DNA of 62,904 nucleotides, filler included, from Octopus bimaculoides (lineage: Eukaryota), in NCBI RefSeq assembly GCF_001194135.2. It is 6 parts of 6 records of this genome, joined end to end, with 100 filler letters (N's around TTAATTAATTAA, not from the genome) between each part and the next. Parts side by side here need not be neighbours in the genome. Positions count along the whole stretch, not along the records: positions 39,620 to 55,496 come from NC_069004.1; positions 55,597 to 60,264 come from NC_068991.1; positions 60,365 to 61,730 come from NW_026391022.1; positions 61,831 to 62,904 come from NW_026344581.1; 2 more parts are not named here. One strand, written 5' to 3'. A program made the position numbers and the translations under genes. The notes beneath the pieces were generated by a model. That model had not been told where the DNA came from and made no database searches. It worked only from the letters and a program-made list of their open reading frames with translations. Below, in pieces: positions 53,110 through 62,904 of the stretch. Every line of letters starts with the position of its first letter. Position 1 is the first letter of the stretch.

Positions 53110-53450
53110 GAAGGCACATGGCTCAGTGGTTAGAGTGTCAAGCTTACAATCCTGAGGTTGTAAGTATGATTCCCAGTCAAGGGTGTGTATTGTGTTCTTG
53201 AGCAAGACACTTTATTTCACATTGCACCAGTTCACTCAGCTGTAAAAATGAGTTGTGTCATCACTGGTGTCAAGCTGTATCGGCCCCTTTGCCTTTCTCT
53301 TGGATAACATCGGTGGCGTGGCGAGGAGAGGCTGGTATGCATGAGTGACTGGCAATCTTCCATAAACAACCTTACCTATACTTGTGACTCAGAGGGGAAC
53401 TTTCTAGATGCAATCCCGTGGTCATTCAGGACCAAAGGAGGTCTTTTCTT
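53110..53450 (+). mobile_element. tRNA-SINE (further family) nested in a family D element
   Basis: ggcacatggctcagtggttagag head, ttgagcaagacact...cactcagctgtaaaaatgag core. acactct(g/a)ta is duplicated on the flanks. Confidence 0.75.
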
Positions 53451-53537
53451 TTTACACTCTATAAAGTGGTTGGTGTTAGGAAGGGCACCCAGTAGCAGAA
53501 ACCATGCAAAAACAGACATAAAAACAATAGTTATTAA

Positions 53538-53756
53538 CCCATAAGCATTCAGATTATTCTGTTAATATAATGCTTATTTATTCACATTGTTTTGAATTAA
53601 TTATGCATTATCTCGTAGCTTTGAGATTTCAATGAAGTGATTGTTTACTTTTTGTATGAGATTGTATGACAGCTATTAAAAACTGGATTTGACCAGTTTG
53701 AACATAAAACAAGTAGAATATTTTGGCTGGATATGGCTAGGTTAAATGCTAAAGGG
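53538..53756. mobile_element. piggyBac-type MITE
   Basis: TTAA|cccataagcatt ... aatgctaaaggg|TTAA. Confidence 0.8.
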
Positions 53757-53897
53757 TTAAAACAATGACAACGATGATGAAGATGCTTTGTTAATGAGTG
53801 TGCCCCTACACAGCTGCACAGTCTGCTAGAATGGTTTTATAGAGTTAGTCACAATTATTCACATAGTACAGAATGAATTAAGAAATTGTTGACTAAC

Positions 53898-54391
53898 CTC
53901 AGCAAAGAATAAACTCCAAGAAGAATTAAGGATCTTGCGAGTGATGAAAGCAAGTATCATACAACTGACCAAACGAGCTAAGTCGAAATGGAGTAAAGAT
54001 AGTGTGGCCTTAGAGGCGTTTCCGGAGGGGAAACGGTTGCCACCATATGCCGACGATGCTGCTGATGTGGTATTGGAAGATACTGGAGAAGACATCTCTC
54101 TCTGGGAGCCGGTTGCAGAACCACCAGATGTGATTCCAGGAAATTTACTCTCGGCAAATGCATCGTTTGTCTTTACCGTTTTGTGAGTGTAGGTTTTCTC
54201 TGTTTTTGGTAAGCTTGCTTCTGGAGTGAGCTCTTTCGAAACTGACCGGGAACTGGCTCCTTCAGTACGGTGCCTCAGTCCGATACTAATATCTTCATCA
54301 GAGTGACATTCTGAAGGGTCAACATTAGAGTCATCTTCTGTTTGTAGAGTGCCTTGACTCAGCTCACCGGTGTCTGAGTTGCTGTCAAAAT
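53898..54391 (-). CDS. CAMLG: CAML/GET2 (tail-anchored protein insertase subunit), long internal exon
   Basis: Acceptor ttttaacag|AT and donor GAG|gttagt. 494 nt (2 nt + 164 codons), open throughout. Encodes ...DISIGLRHRTEG...HFDLARLVSCMILAFITRKILNSSWSLFFAE, resembling CAML LELRQRNRG and [22 protein letters not shown] (TM1). Confidence 0.85.
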
Positions 54392-54439
54392 CTGTTAAAA
54401 ATTAATTTTAGGTTATTACAAGGTTAAATAGATCACTAC

Positions 54440-54635
54440 TCTTTCAAATTTTGGCATAAAGTCAGTATTTTTAGGAGGTGGGGGATAATAGATTACATCG
54501 ATTCCAGTGTTTAACTGGTACTTACTTTATCAACCCCTAAATAGATGAAAGGCAAAGTTGATCTCGGCTGCATTTGAGCTCAGAAAATAAAGAGTCAGAG
54601 GAAATACTACTATGCATTTTGTCCAGCACAATGAC
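54440..54635 (-). mobile_element. tRNA-SINE family C
   Basis: gattacatcgattccagtgtttaactggtact...gatgaaaggcaaagttgatctcggctgcatttgagctcagaa. Confidence 0.8.
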
Positions 54636-55634
54636 AATACTACTACTACTACTAATAATAATACCAGGCACCGGCTCTCATGGATTCTGATCTTAACTGA
54701 TTGGAAGTGTTATCATGTACATACTTTGTCGTAGTATAAAAGATGAGACCACAGATTTGCTTGTCAGTTGTTTGATCTTAACCAGTTGAGCATGTCCCTT
54801 GGTGGCTGACGATATGTGCATCTCTGATCACGAGCAGAAGTAGTGGGGGAGCATCATAGCCATGTATTGGGAGGAATTCTTTGGAGTTTGAATAATTCAC
54901 CTCTGGAAACATGGGTGTTTCGTGCAACATCCTTATTCAGGGACCTTTTGAGCAGGCTGGGCTACTCGACCAGAAGAAAATTCTAACTGGGTCCCACCTG
55001 CAAGGTCATGCACTGTTTATCTTGATATGAGATCACCATGTCAGGTACATATGGTTGTGATGCATGTGCTTGGTGCAGCCTTATTAGACGGATAGTCATG
55101 AAGGGTATATTGGACTTCATGTATTTGTGCCTCAATATCACTTTGATGGTATGTGCTGCTCTCTCAATCAATAATATTAATGGTAATCTTTCCTTTATTA
55201 GCTGCACAGCTTTAAGAAATACAATACATACATACATATATTGTATATACATATTTATACACACATCCATCTATACAAAATTGCTAAAATTCGGATTTTT
55301 GAAATTTCAGCTCCCGCCTTCCCCACAATTTCTTCATTTTTCACTTTTATCCGTAACCCTAACCCTACCCCTAACTAGAAAAATTTGGGGAAGTTTTTTT
55401 CAGAATCAATTTCTGTATTTTTCCACATATTTTGAAAAAAAAAAAAAAAATTCTGAAAAAAGTTAAAAATGAAGAATTGGCGAAGTGGGAGTAATTNNNN
55501 NNNNNNNNNNNNNNNNNNNNNNNNNNNNNNNNNNNNNNNNTTAATTAATTAANNNNNNNNNNNNNNNNNNNNNNNNNNNNNNNNNNNNNNNNNNNNGGAA
55601 AACAGACGTTAAACGACGATGGTCATGATGATGA

Positions 55635-55680
<46 letters not shown>

Positions 55681-55971
55681 TAGCTGCTTTCTTGCACATG
55701 AGTAAAGCCATTGCTAGAAAGAATCATTGAAATGAGTCATTAATGATGCAATGTGTGGCCCTTGTATGACTCTTGAGCTTGAACAAAGGTTTGCACATTC
55801 TATTGCATAATACCCAGGTGTGCTGACTGGCAAAGGGAACAGGTACCACAGTATGAAGTCTTTTCACATGCCTTTTCAAGCCTCCAACTGAAAGGTTGCA
55901 CATGTTCTGTTGTGAAGAATAGCCATATCACAATTTACATGGTTGGATTGTTAGCAACTAAATTGGCAACC

Positions 55972-56006
<35 letters not shown>

Positions 56007-56366
56007 CACACACACACATATGCCTGAGTCTGTTTGGGTGCGTCTCTATGCATGAGCAGGTGTAGGTGTGAACGTGTTAATGTGTATCTGTATACTCCTC
56101 AGTGAGTATGTGTGTATTTAACCGGATGCGTCTAACAATAGTGACATCACAGACTTTAGAAGTGTTACTTTATATATATGTATATGTATATATCATCATC
56201 ATCATCATCATCATCGTTTAACGTCCGCTTTCCATGCTAGCATGGGTTGGACGATTTGACTGAGGACTGGTGAAACTGGATGGCAACAACAGGCTCCAAT
56301 CCCTCTCTATATATATATATATTTATAAGAGCATTGTAATTCACTTGAAGCATTGTAACATTGAAG

Positions 56367-56706
56367 AAAGGAAAATAGGAAAGCTTCTGACAATGCAGGA
56401 AGTTTAGCAAAACCTTTATATTTCATGTGCAAAGGCCCATCCTCAAAAGAAAAACATTCAGAGAAATGTCTAGTTATATGTCTGGGAAATGTTTAGTTAT
56501 ACAGGTTCCGTTAACTTACACTCTCCAACATTTGGAGAATGACTGCTACTGTCAATATAATGCTGTGGAATTTGAATATGTTAATGGAACCTGTATAACT
56601 AGGCATTTCCCAAACTGCTTTCCTTCTGAGAATGGGCCTTTGCACCTGAAATATAAAGGTTTTGTTAAACTTTCTGCATTGTCAGAAGCTCTCTTATTTT
56701 CCCTTT
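56367..56706. repeat. Long imperfect foldback (MITE-like)
   Basis: Outer arms about 90 bp (56367-56457 and 56612-56706). Inner arms about 32 bp (56484-56515 and 56580-56611). Confidence 0.88.
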
Positions 56707-57034
56707 TTGTATGTGTATATGCATGGATGTGTGTATATGCATGCATGCATCGGTGTGTGTGTGTTTGTCTATGTGTGAAGAATCATGGCCTAGTAGTTGG
56801 GCTCACAACTGTAGTTTTGATTCCCAGACTTGGCAGCACATAGTATCCTTGAGAAAAAGCTTTCATTTCATATTGCTGCAGTCGCTCCTCTTCAATCAGC
56901 AGAAAATGAATACCAGAAACAACAGAGCTGTGTATTGTACTCTTGGTCATTTATACAACATGGAAATTGTAAGATATAAACATATTATTTTTTAAAAAGC
57001 AAAGAGAACTTCAATGCATGTACTCTCTTTCTCT

Positions 57035-57447
57035 TTCTCTTCTACTTGCTTCAGTCATTTGACTGCGGCCATGCTGGAGCACCGCCTTTAGTCAAGCAAA
57101 TCGACTCCAGGACTTATTCTTTGGAAGCCTAGTACTTATTCCATTGGTCTGTTTTGCTGAACCGCTAAGTTACGGGGACGTAAACACACCACCATCAGTT
57201 GTCAAGCGATGTTGGGGGGACAAACACAGACACACAAACATATACACACACATACATACATACATATACATATATATACATATATACGACGGGCTTCTTC
57301 CAGTTTCCATCTACCAAATCCACTCACAAGACTTTGGTCGGCCTGAGGCTATAGTAGAAGACACTTGCCCAAGGTGCCACGCAGTGGGAATGAACCTGGA
57401 CTATGTGGTTGGTAAGCAAGCTACTTACCACACAGCCACTCCTGCAC
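57035..57447 (-). mobile_element. Full-length tRNA-SINE family B
   Basis: Reverse complement of the consensus, with an internal CA/TA stretch. Confidence 0.9.
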
Positions 57448-57566
57448 CTATATTCTATGCATCATTTTCCTAATTACAAATTCAAATTTCTAATCCCACC
57501 AAATATTATGAAGAAATGATTATCTCCCTTGTAATAACTCTCTGCTGTGTGTGTGTGTGTGTGTGT

Positions 57567-58356
57567 ACGTGGTGGTATCAAAAAGTCCCTGGACTAGTTA
57601 TGTTTAATAAAAAATAACTTATTTACTTAAGTTTTAACAACCTCTTCTTTGAAATAGTCACCTTGCACAGTCGTGGAGATGAAGGCCTTTTTCATTGTGA
57701 CAACTGCTGCTTCATCTCGGGGTTGTAGCTGTAGACCCAACTCTTATCACCGATGACGACCCTTGATATGAAGGATGGGTCATCAGTAGCATGCTGATAG
57801 AGATCATGACAGACTTCCATAATGATGTTCTTTCTGCTCAGTGGTCAGCACGCAGGGGACAAACTTGGCAGAGACATGCCACATGTTCAATCGAGACAGG
57901 CCAAAACATCATTGATTGTCCTCCAACAATCCTTATGCACAAGCTGATGAATTTTCTCCACATTTCTGGAGGTGGTGCACATGGCAGGCCTTCCAGATTA
58001 CTCATTGTCTTCCAGGGACATTCTTTCACTTTTGAAGTGCTCATTGCGAATGACCCATTGCCTCGTCACAGGTAAGCTTGCCAAAGCATGCTCAATGTCT
58101 CTGTAGTAGACTTCCCAAGTTTAACACAAAATTTCACGTTGGCTCTTTGTTCCAAATTCCTGTCCATGACAAAAATTGCAGACTACAGCATACACATGAT
58201 CATAAAAACACAAATTTCACAACTTCTGCAGTAAACATAGCAATGCCACTCAACACACTACCTTATAAATGTCACTGTTAGCTTTCACTGCACATGCAAC
58301 CATGTACTGCCATCTGTTGGCATGCTATAGAACTAGTCCTTTTTGATACCACCTCA
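57567..58356 (-). mobile_element. Internally deleted mariner with both TIRs
   Basis: gtggtggtatcaaaaag...gactagtt at the left end and aactagtcctttttgataccacctc at the right. Degenerate transposase (GDKSWVYSYNPE-like) on the minus strand. Confidence 0.8.
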
Positions 58357-59891
58357 TATATACATGTGTGTGTGTGTGTGTGTGTGCGTGCTTGTGATAT
58401 TACACCTGAGAAATTAAAGTAAATAATACAGAGAAGATATATAAAAAAAACAACTTTTGGGGGGGGGGCTTTTTTATTTTAAATATTTATATGTAGCATG
58501 AGTAAGCCTTAGGTATAAGTAGTGTGTGTGTGTGTTCCATCTTGTACTTACTAACCAGCTCTACTAACATATTTATTCATTTATATTTGGCTCCTATGTC
58601 TTACTTTTTTTCATTATTATTGTTGTCATTGATGTTGGTGATGGTGATGGGGATGTTGATATTGTTGTTATTGTTATTGTTGTTGTTGTTGTTGCTGTTG
58701 GTAGTGTGAATAATAGTGTTGTTGGTGGTGTTGGTTGCTGGTACTGATAGCACTGTTGCAGTTGATGTTGTTGTTGTTGGTGGTGGTGATTTATATATAT
58801 ATATATTTATATATATATATTTATATATATATATATATATATNNNNNNNNNNNNNNNNNNNNNNNNNNNNNNNNNNNNNNNNNNNNNNNNNNNNNNNNNN
58901 NNNNNNNNNNNNNNNNNNNNNNNNNNNNNNNNNNNNNNNNNNNNNNNNNNNNNNNNNNNNNNNNNNNNNNNNNNNNNNNNNNNNNNNNNNNNNNNNNNNN
59001 NNNNNNNNNNNNNNNNNNNNNNNNNNNNNNNNNNNNNNNNNNNNNNNNNNNNNNNNNNNNNNNNNNNNNNNNNNNNNNNNNNNNNNNNNNNNNNNNNNNN
59101 NNNNNNNNNNNNNNNNNNNNNNNNNNNNNNNNNNNNNNNNNNNNNNNNNNNNNNNNNNNNNNNNNNNNNNNNNNNNNNNNNNNNNNNNNNNNNNNNNNNN
59201 NNNNNNNCACCTAGTCGTGTAGGATTTTCAAATTGTTTTGAGAAGAGACGACTAGGTGAAAAGCGCTTTATTTAATATGTGACATTAATAAAAATCTGTA
59301 AATGTACAAACATCCAGATTTCTGAGTACCTTAATTTTTTTCTATATAATTTCTGTACATCACCTCCAAACCTTCCAATATATATATATATATATAGATA
59401 TATCACTTTTCTCATTCATCTATTTCTGTGTGTTTATTTATAAATGAAAAATCTATATGAATGAAACACTAGAATTTGAAACAAAAATCTTCAAGCCGTT
59501 GATTACGTTGTCTGTTCATTGACCCACCTGACTTCCATACACCCATACCTACACACAAAGTACACACACACACACCCCTTCTCTCTCTCTCTCCCCCACA
59601 GTGTCTCTCTAGCTATTTGTCTATCTGTGATATGATCTTCCATTATATCGGTTCACCAACCACCACTCTTCTAATTATCTGCTTCCATCTCCGATTTCCC
59701 AGTTACTCACTTTGTCTTTCTCCCTCTACACATGTTTCCCATATAGGTATTTATGTGCACTGGTACATGTTACTCCAATATCATACATATATACATACAC
59801 CCCTCCCACACATACACATATATTTAGAAGGTTGTTTGTTATGGTCGGTCAGAGAGTGCCTATAGGTTTTGCACTTATAAAATGCATAGGT

Positions 59892-60264
59892 ACTTGAAGC
59901 ATTTAACGACTTGAAGCATTTAACGACTTGAAGCATTTAACGAAATAGAAGGGGATATAGCATCATACAACGTGGAAGACAATTGGAGATTTCTGCGGGA
60001 CAACCTGTTGAAAGCCACCGACCAGATTTGTGGGTGGTGTAAGGTCCCCTCCCAACCCAGAGTAACGTGGTGGTGGAACAAGGAGGTAGACAGGGCTATT
60101 AGACAAAAGAAACAAGCTTGGAAGGACTGGAAGAACGGTGGTAGCAGGGAATTGTACCAATGTGCCAGAAGGGAGGCTAGGCGACAGGTTTATTTAGCCA
60201 GAGGGGAAGCAGATAAGGAAAGATTTGCCAATGTTCTGCGCCGTGAGGACCAAAGACTCGAGGT
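59892..60264 (+). mobile_element. RTE-clade LINE fragment (endonuclease-RT linker), 5'-truncated, running into a gap
   Basis: Open frame EDNWRFLRDNLLKATDQICGWCK...VTWWWNKEVDRAIRQKKQAWKDWK...YQCARREARRQV is typical of RTE ORFs. Confidence 0.85.
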
Positions 60265-60927
60265 NNNNNNNNNNNNNNNNNNNNNNNNNNNNNNNNNNNN
60301 NNNNNNNNTTAATTAATTAANNNNNNNNNNNNNNNNNNNNNNNNNNNNNNNNNNNNNNNNNNNNATATAAGAAATAATAATTTCTTAAAGTATGTGTTAA
60401 CCCACATGTACCCAAACTTTGTGGACACCCTGTAGAGTAATCTCCCTTTACTAAGTTTCTCGAATCCTCTGTGTCATGAGATGTTATTCTTAATTATTCA
60501 AGAAGCTTAGCATTTCTCTTGGAAGTTTCTAGAATGTCTAGTATTCCATTAATAGAAACAGCTTGCTAACCCTGCCCTTCGCTTCTTAGTCGATTAGACT
60601 TAGAGCCATTCACGTCATTGCTATGTATGTCTATTTCTCTTCACCACATGACTGAAAGCCACCACTTTGCTGTTATTTTTATATTTCCTATCTGTGAAGT
60701 TTCTTGCATAGATTACTTCATTTAACTAGATTCTACATTTTGCTTCTATGTATCATCATCGTCAGTAAATAAAATATATTTTTATGTAGGAAATATATAG
60801 GTTTTGAATTTATTTTTCATCTCTTTATGAACTATTGTAATAACATACATGCAGCCACATCGACACCTTGTACTGACTATATATTCCACAACATACATAT
60901 ATGTATGTATGTGTGTGTGTATGTATG

Positions 60928-60980
<53 letters not shown>

Positions 60981-61730
60981 CAGCTTGGTAAGAAAGTTCT
61001 TGGACACTTTTAACATATCAATTTATTAACAATTAGAAAAACAACAAAGAACAATCAATCTAAAAGGTAGTCCCCCCACCCCATTATCGATCACCTTTTG
61101 CTATCTTTCAGGCAAAGTTTCGAATTCTTTCATCCAGAAATCACGTGGCTTTGATTCAATAAAGTCATAAAGGAATGATTTCACATCTTCTTCGTTTCCA
61201 AACCCTGTATCGCCAATCGCATGTTGCAAGGCAGAGAATAAGTGGTAGTCAGAAGGGGCAAGGTCAGGAGAATATGGTGGATGCACCATAATCTCCCAGC
61301 CCACCTCCTTCAGCTTCTCTGACGTCTTCTTTGCACGATGTACTGGTGCATTGTCTTGGTGGTAAATTATCTTCTTCAAATTTGAGCAATTTTTGGCCAG
61401 CGCGATCTTTAGACGCTCGATTTGTTCGCAGTGGACATCCTTGTCAATAGTGGTATTGTGTGGGAGAAGATCCAACATGATCACACCACAGCAATCCCAC
61501 CAAACTGAGATCATAACCTTCTTTTGCACAAGTGGTCCTTTTGGCGAAGGTTTTGGCTGTTGACCTTTGCTACACCAGGATCGTCTGCGCCTCACGTTGG
61601 AGTACAGCGCCCACTTTTCATCTATTGTGATTACTAACTCCAGCCAACTGAATCTTCGGCAGTGACATGTGCTTGTTTGTTTGCTTCAGTCAATTCGTGT
61701 GGCACCCATTTTCCAAGTTTGCTGACCTTG
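60981..61730 (-). pseudogene. Mariner DD34D transposase pseudogene
   Basis: ITIDEKW...KKVMISVWWD...HQDNAPVH...HPPYSPDLAPSDYHLF. LPER*QKVIDNG carries a Trp-to-stop change and there are upstream frameshifts. TIR at 60981. Confidence 0.92.
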
Positions 61731-61830
61731 NNNNNNNNNNNNNNNNNNNNNNNNNNNNNNNNNNNNNNNNNNNNTTAATTAATTAANNNNNNNNNNNNNN
61801 NNNNNNNNNNNNNNNNNNNNNNNNNNNNNN

Positions 61831-61871
<41 letters not shown>

Positions 61872-62780
61872 GATAAGAAAAGAAATTTAGCAACAATTAA
61901 TAAGTAGAAGCTGATCATTGGTATTAAATGGTCATACTTTAATTATAGTTACAATAACATTTACAGCTGTTTCAGTTTATTTTTGAGGTAAATTTGCTTT
62001 TATCTTGTTCCATGTAACAAACATCGTCAGAATGATTTGGATTTTTTCCGAGGAATATTGACAGGAGAAAGAAAGAAAAAGGGAAAAGAAAAAGGAAAAA
62101 GGCTTACATTTTCATGTCCTTTAAAGGTTGCATGTGTGTGTACAGTTGCTTCAAGCAAATGAATGGAGCAGTAAGTGGGGAAAATGACTAGCTGACCGGC
62201 GGTGTTAGACGAAAGCGCTATACCTGGTAGTAATATCCGGTGTCATTAATCGTAATAAATAACGCTATTTGAGTCCGCTGGATAAGTTCCTATGATTACA
62301 AATAATGCCCATGTTAAAAATTAAGGATGCCCTTAAAAGTTTAAGTGCGATATACGGTATAAATCTGGGTTACGTAAAAAGGTATAACAAATGAATAAAG
62401 TGCTGTTATGTCCGGCCAGTACTATCTGCTCTTTAATACAATTAAAACCAATCAGCTCAGCTAGAATAGGCTAAATCGCTCGTTTAATCGTACTTATGTT
62501 AGTGGCAGCTCTAGCAATTAGTACATTAGTCAGTGATCTAACTTTGATGTGAATATATTAAAGAGAATTATAGCTCCGGGTGTACATCGTGCATCTAAGA
62601 TAAATAATTCAGTTAGTCGGAGTAATTTAATATAATTGTGATTTATGATATTGAATCGTGCTCTGTAGTAAGGAGGAGGGTTAAGGGGAAATAATCAGAA
62701 AACATAAGACGAAAACAGGTTAGAGAACAGCAAGCAGGTGTATTATAGTTTGACCCTCGGGAAGAATGGTGGCAGTCTTT

Positions 62781-62808
62781 GACGTTTCGAGCCTACACTT
62801 TTCGACAG
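62781..62808 (-). ncRNA. Hammerhead-like motif in a PLE-type terminal repeat
   Basis: CTGTCGA-AAAGT-GTAG-GCTC-GAAAC-GTC. Non-canonical A6 position and weakened stem II. Confidence 0.4.
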
Positions 62809-62904
62809 AAAGGGTTGAGAGGAAGCAAATGGAGTGAAAAAGAAAAAAAAGCGGCGACAGAAAATTCTTTTGTAACGATTAACGGTTCAACATGATGATG
62901 TACA

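Noticed and set aside
59208-59258. 11-bp inverted repeat cacctagtcgt / acgactaggtg
   Set aside because: Too short and adjacent to a gap; no context to interpret.
62845-62880. KRRQKILL on the + strand, resembling the CAML N-terminal motif
   Set aside because: Wrong strand for the CAML exons, followed immediately by a stop, and inside a repeat.
1-62904. CRISPR arrays, Fanzor/TnpB, rRNA or bona fide tRNA genes
   Set aside because: No repeat-spacer arrays and no RuvC-like ORF seen; the tRNA-like A/B boxes all belong to SINE heads.

Overview
AT-rich, microsatellite-saturated eukaryotic scaffold with many N gaps. The SINE families and repeat style look like octopus (cephalopod) genomic DNA; this is inferred from familiarity, not from a database search. 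The best-supported gene is a minus-strand CAML/GET2 (CAMLG) orthologue, reconstructed by hand from three phase-compatible exons (54391-53898, 52048-51983, 50386-50213). Its first exon is not visible. Downstream on the same strand is a probable first exon of a type II membrane protein (39913-39716). A chain of small phase-compatible candidate exons after it reads as BRICHOS-like, at low to moderate confidence. The rest is mobile DNA: several tRNA-derived SINE families, RTE LINE pieces, Penelope-like (PLE) relics with hammerhead-like motifs, mariner, Tc1, maT and Tigger derivatives, a piggyBac MITE and a non-autonomous Helitron. Leads worth following: the candidate BRICHOS precursor with a KRR plus beta-hairpin-like tail; a candidate HDV-like ribozyme half next to a 70-bp near-perfect hairpin; degenerate PLE hammerheads; a same-orientation SINE array behind the CAML stop; and many intronic foldbacks that could be ADAR substrates. 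All protein-family calls are by-eye alignments against remembered sequences and need HMM and RNA-seq checks. I found no firmly demonstrated novel system.
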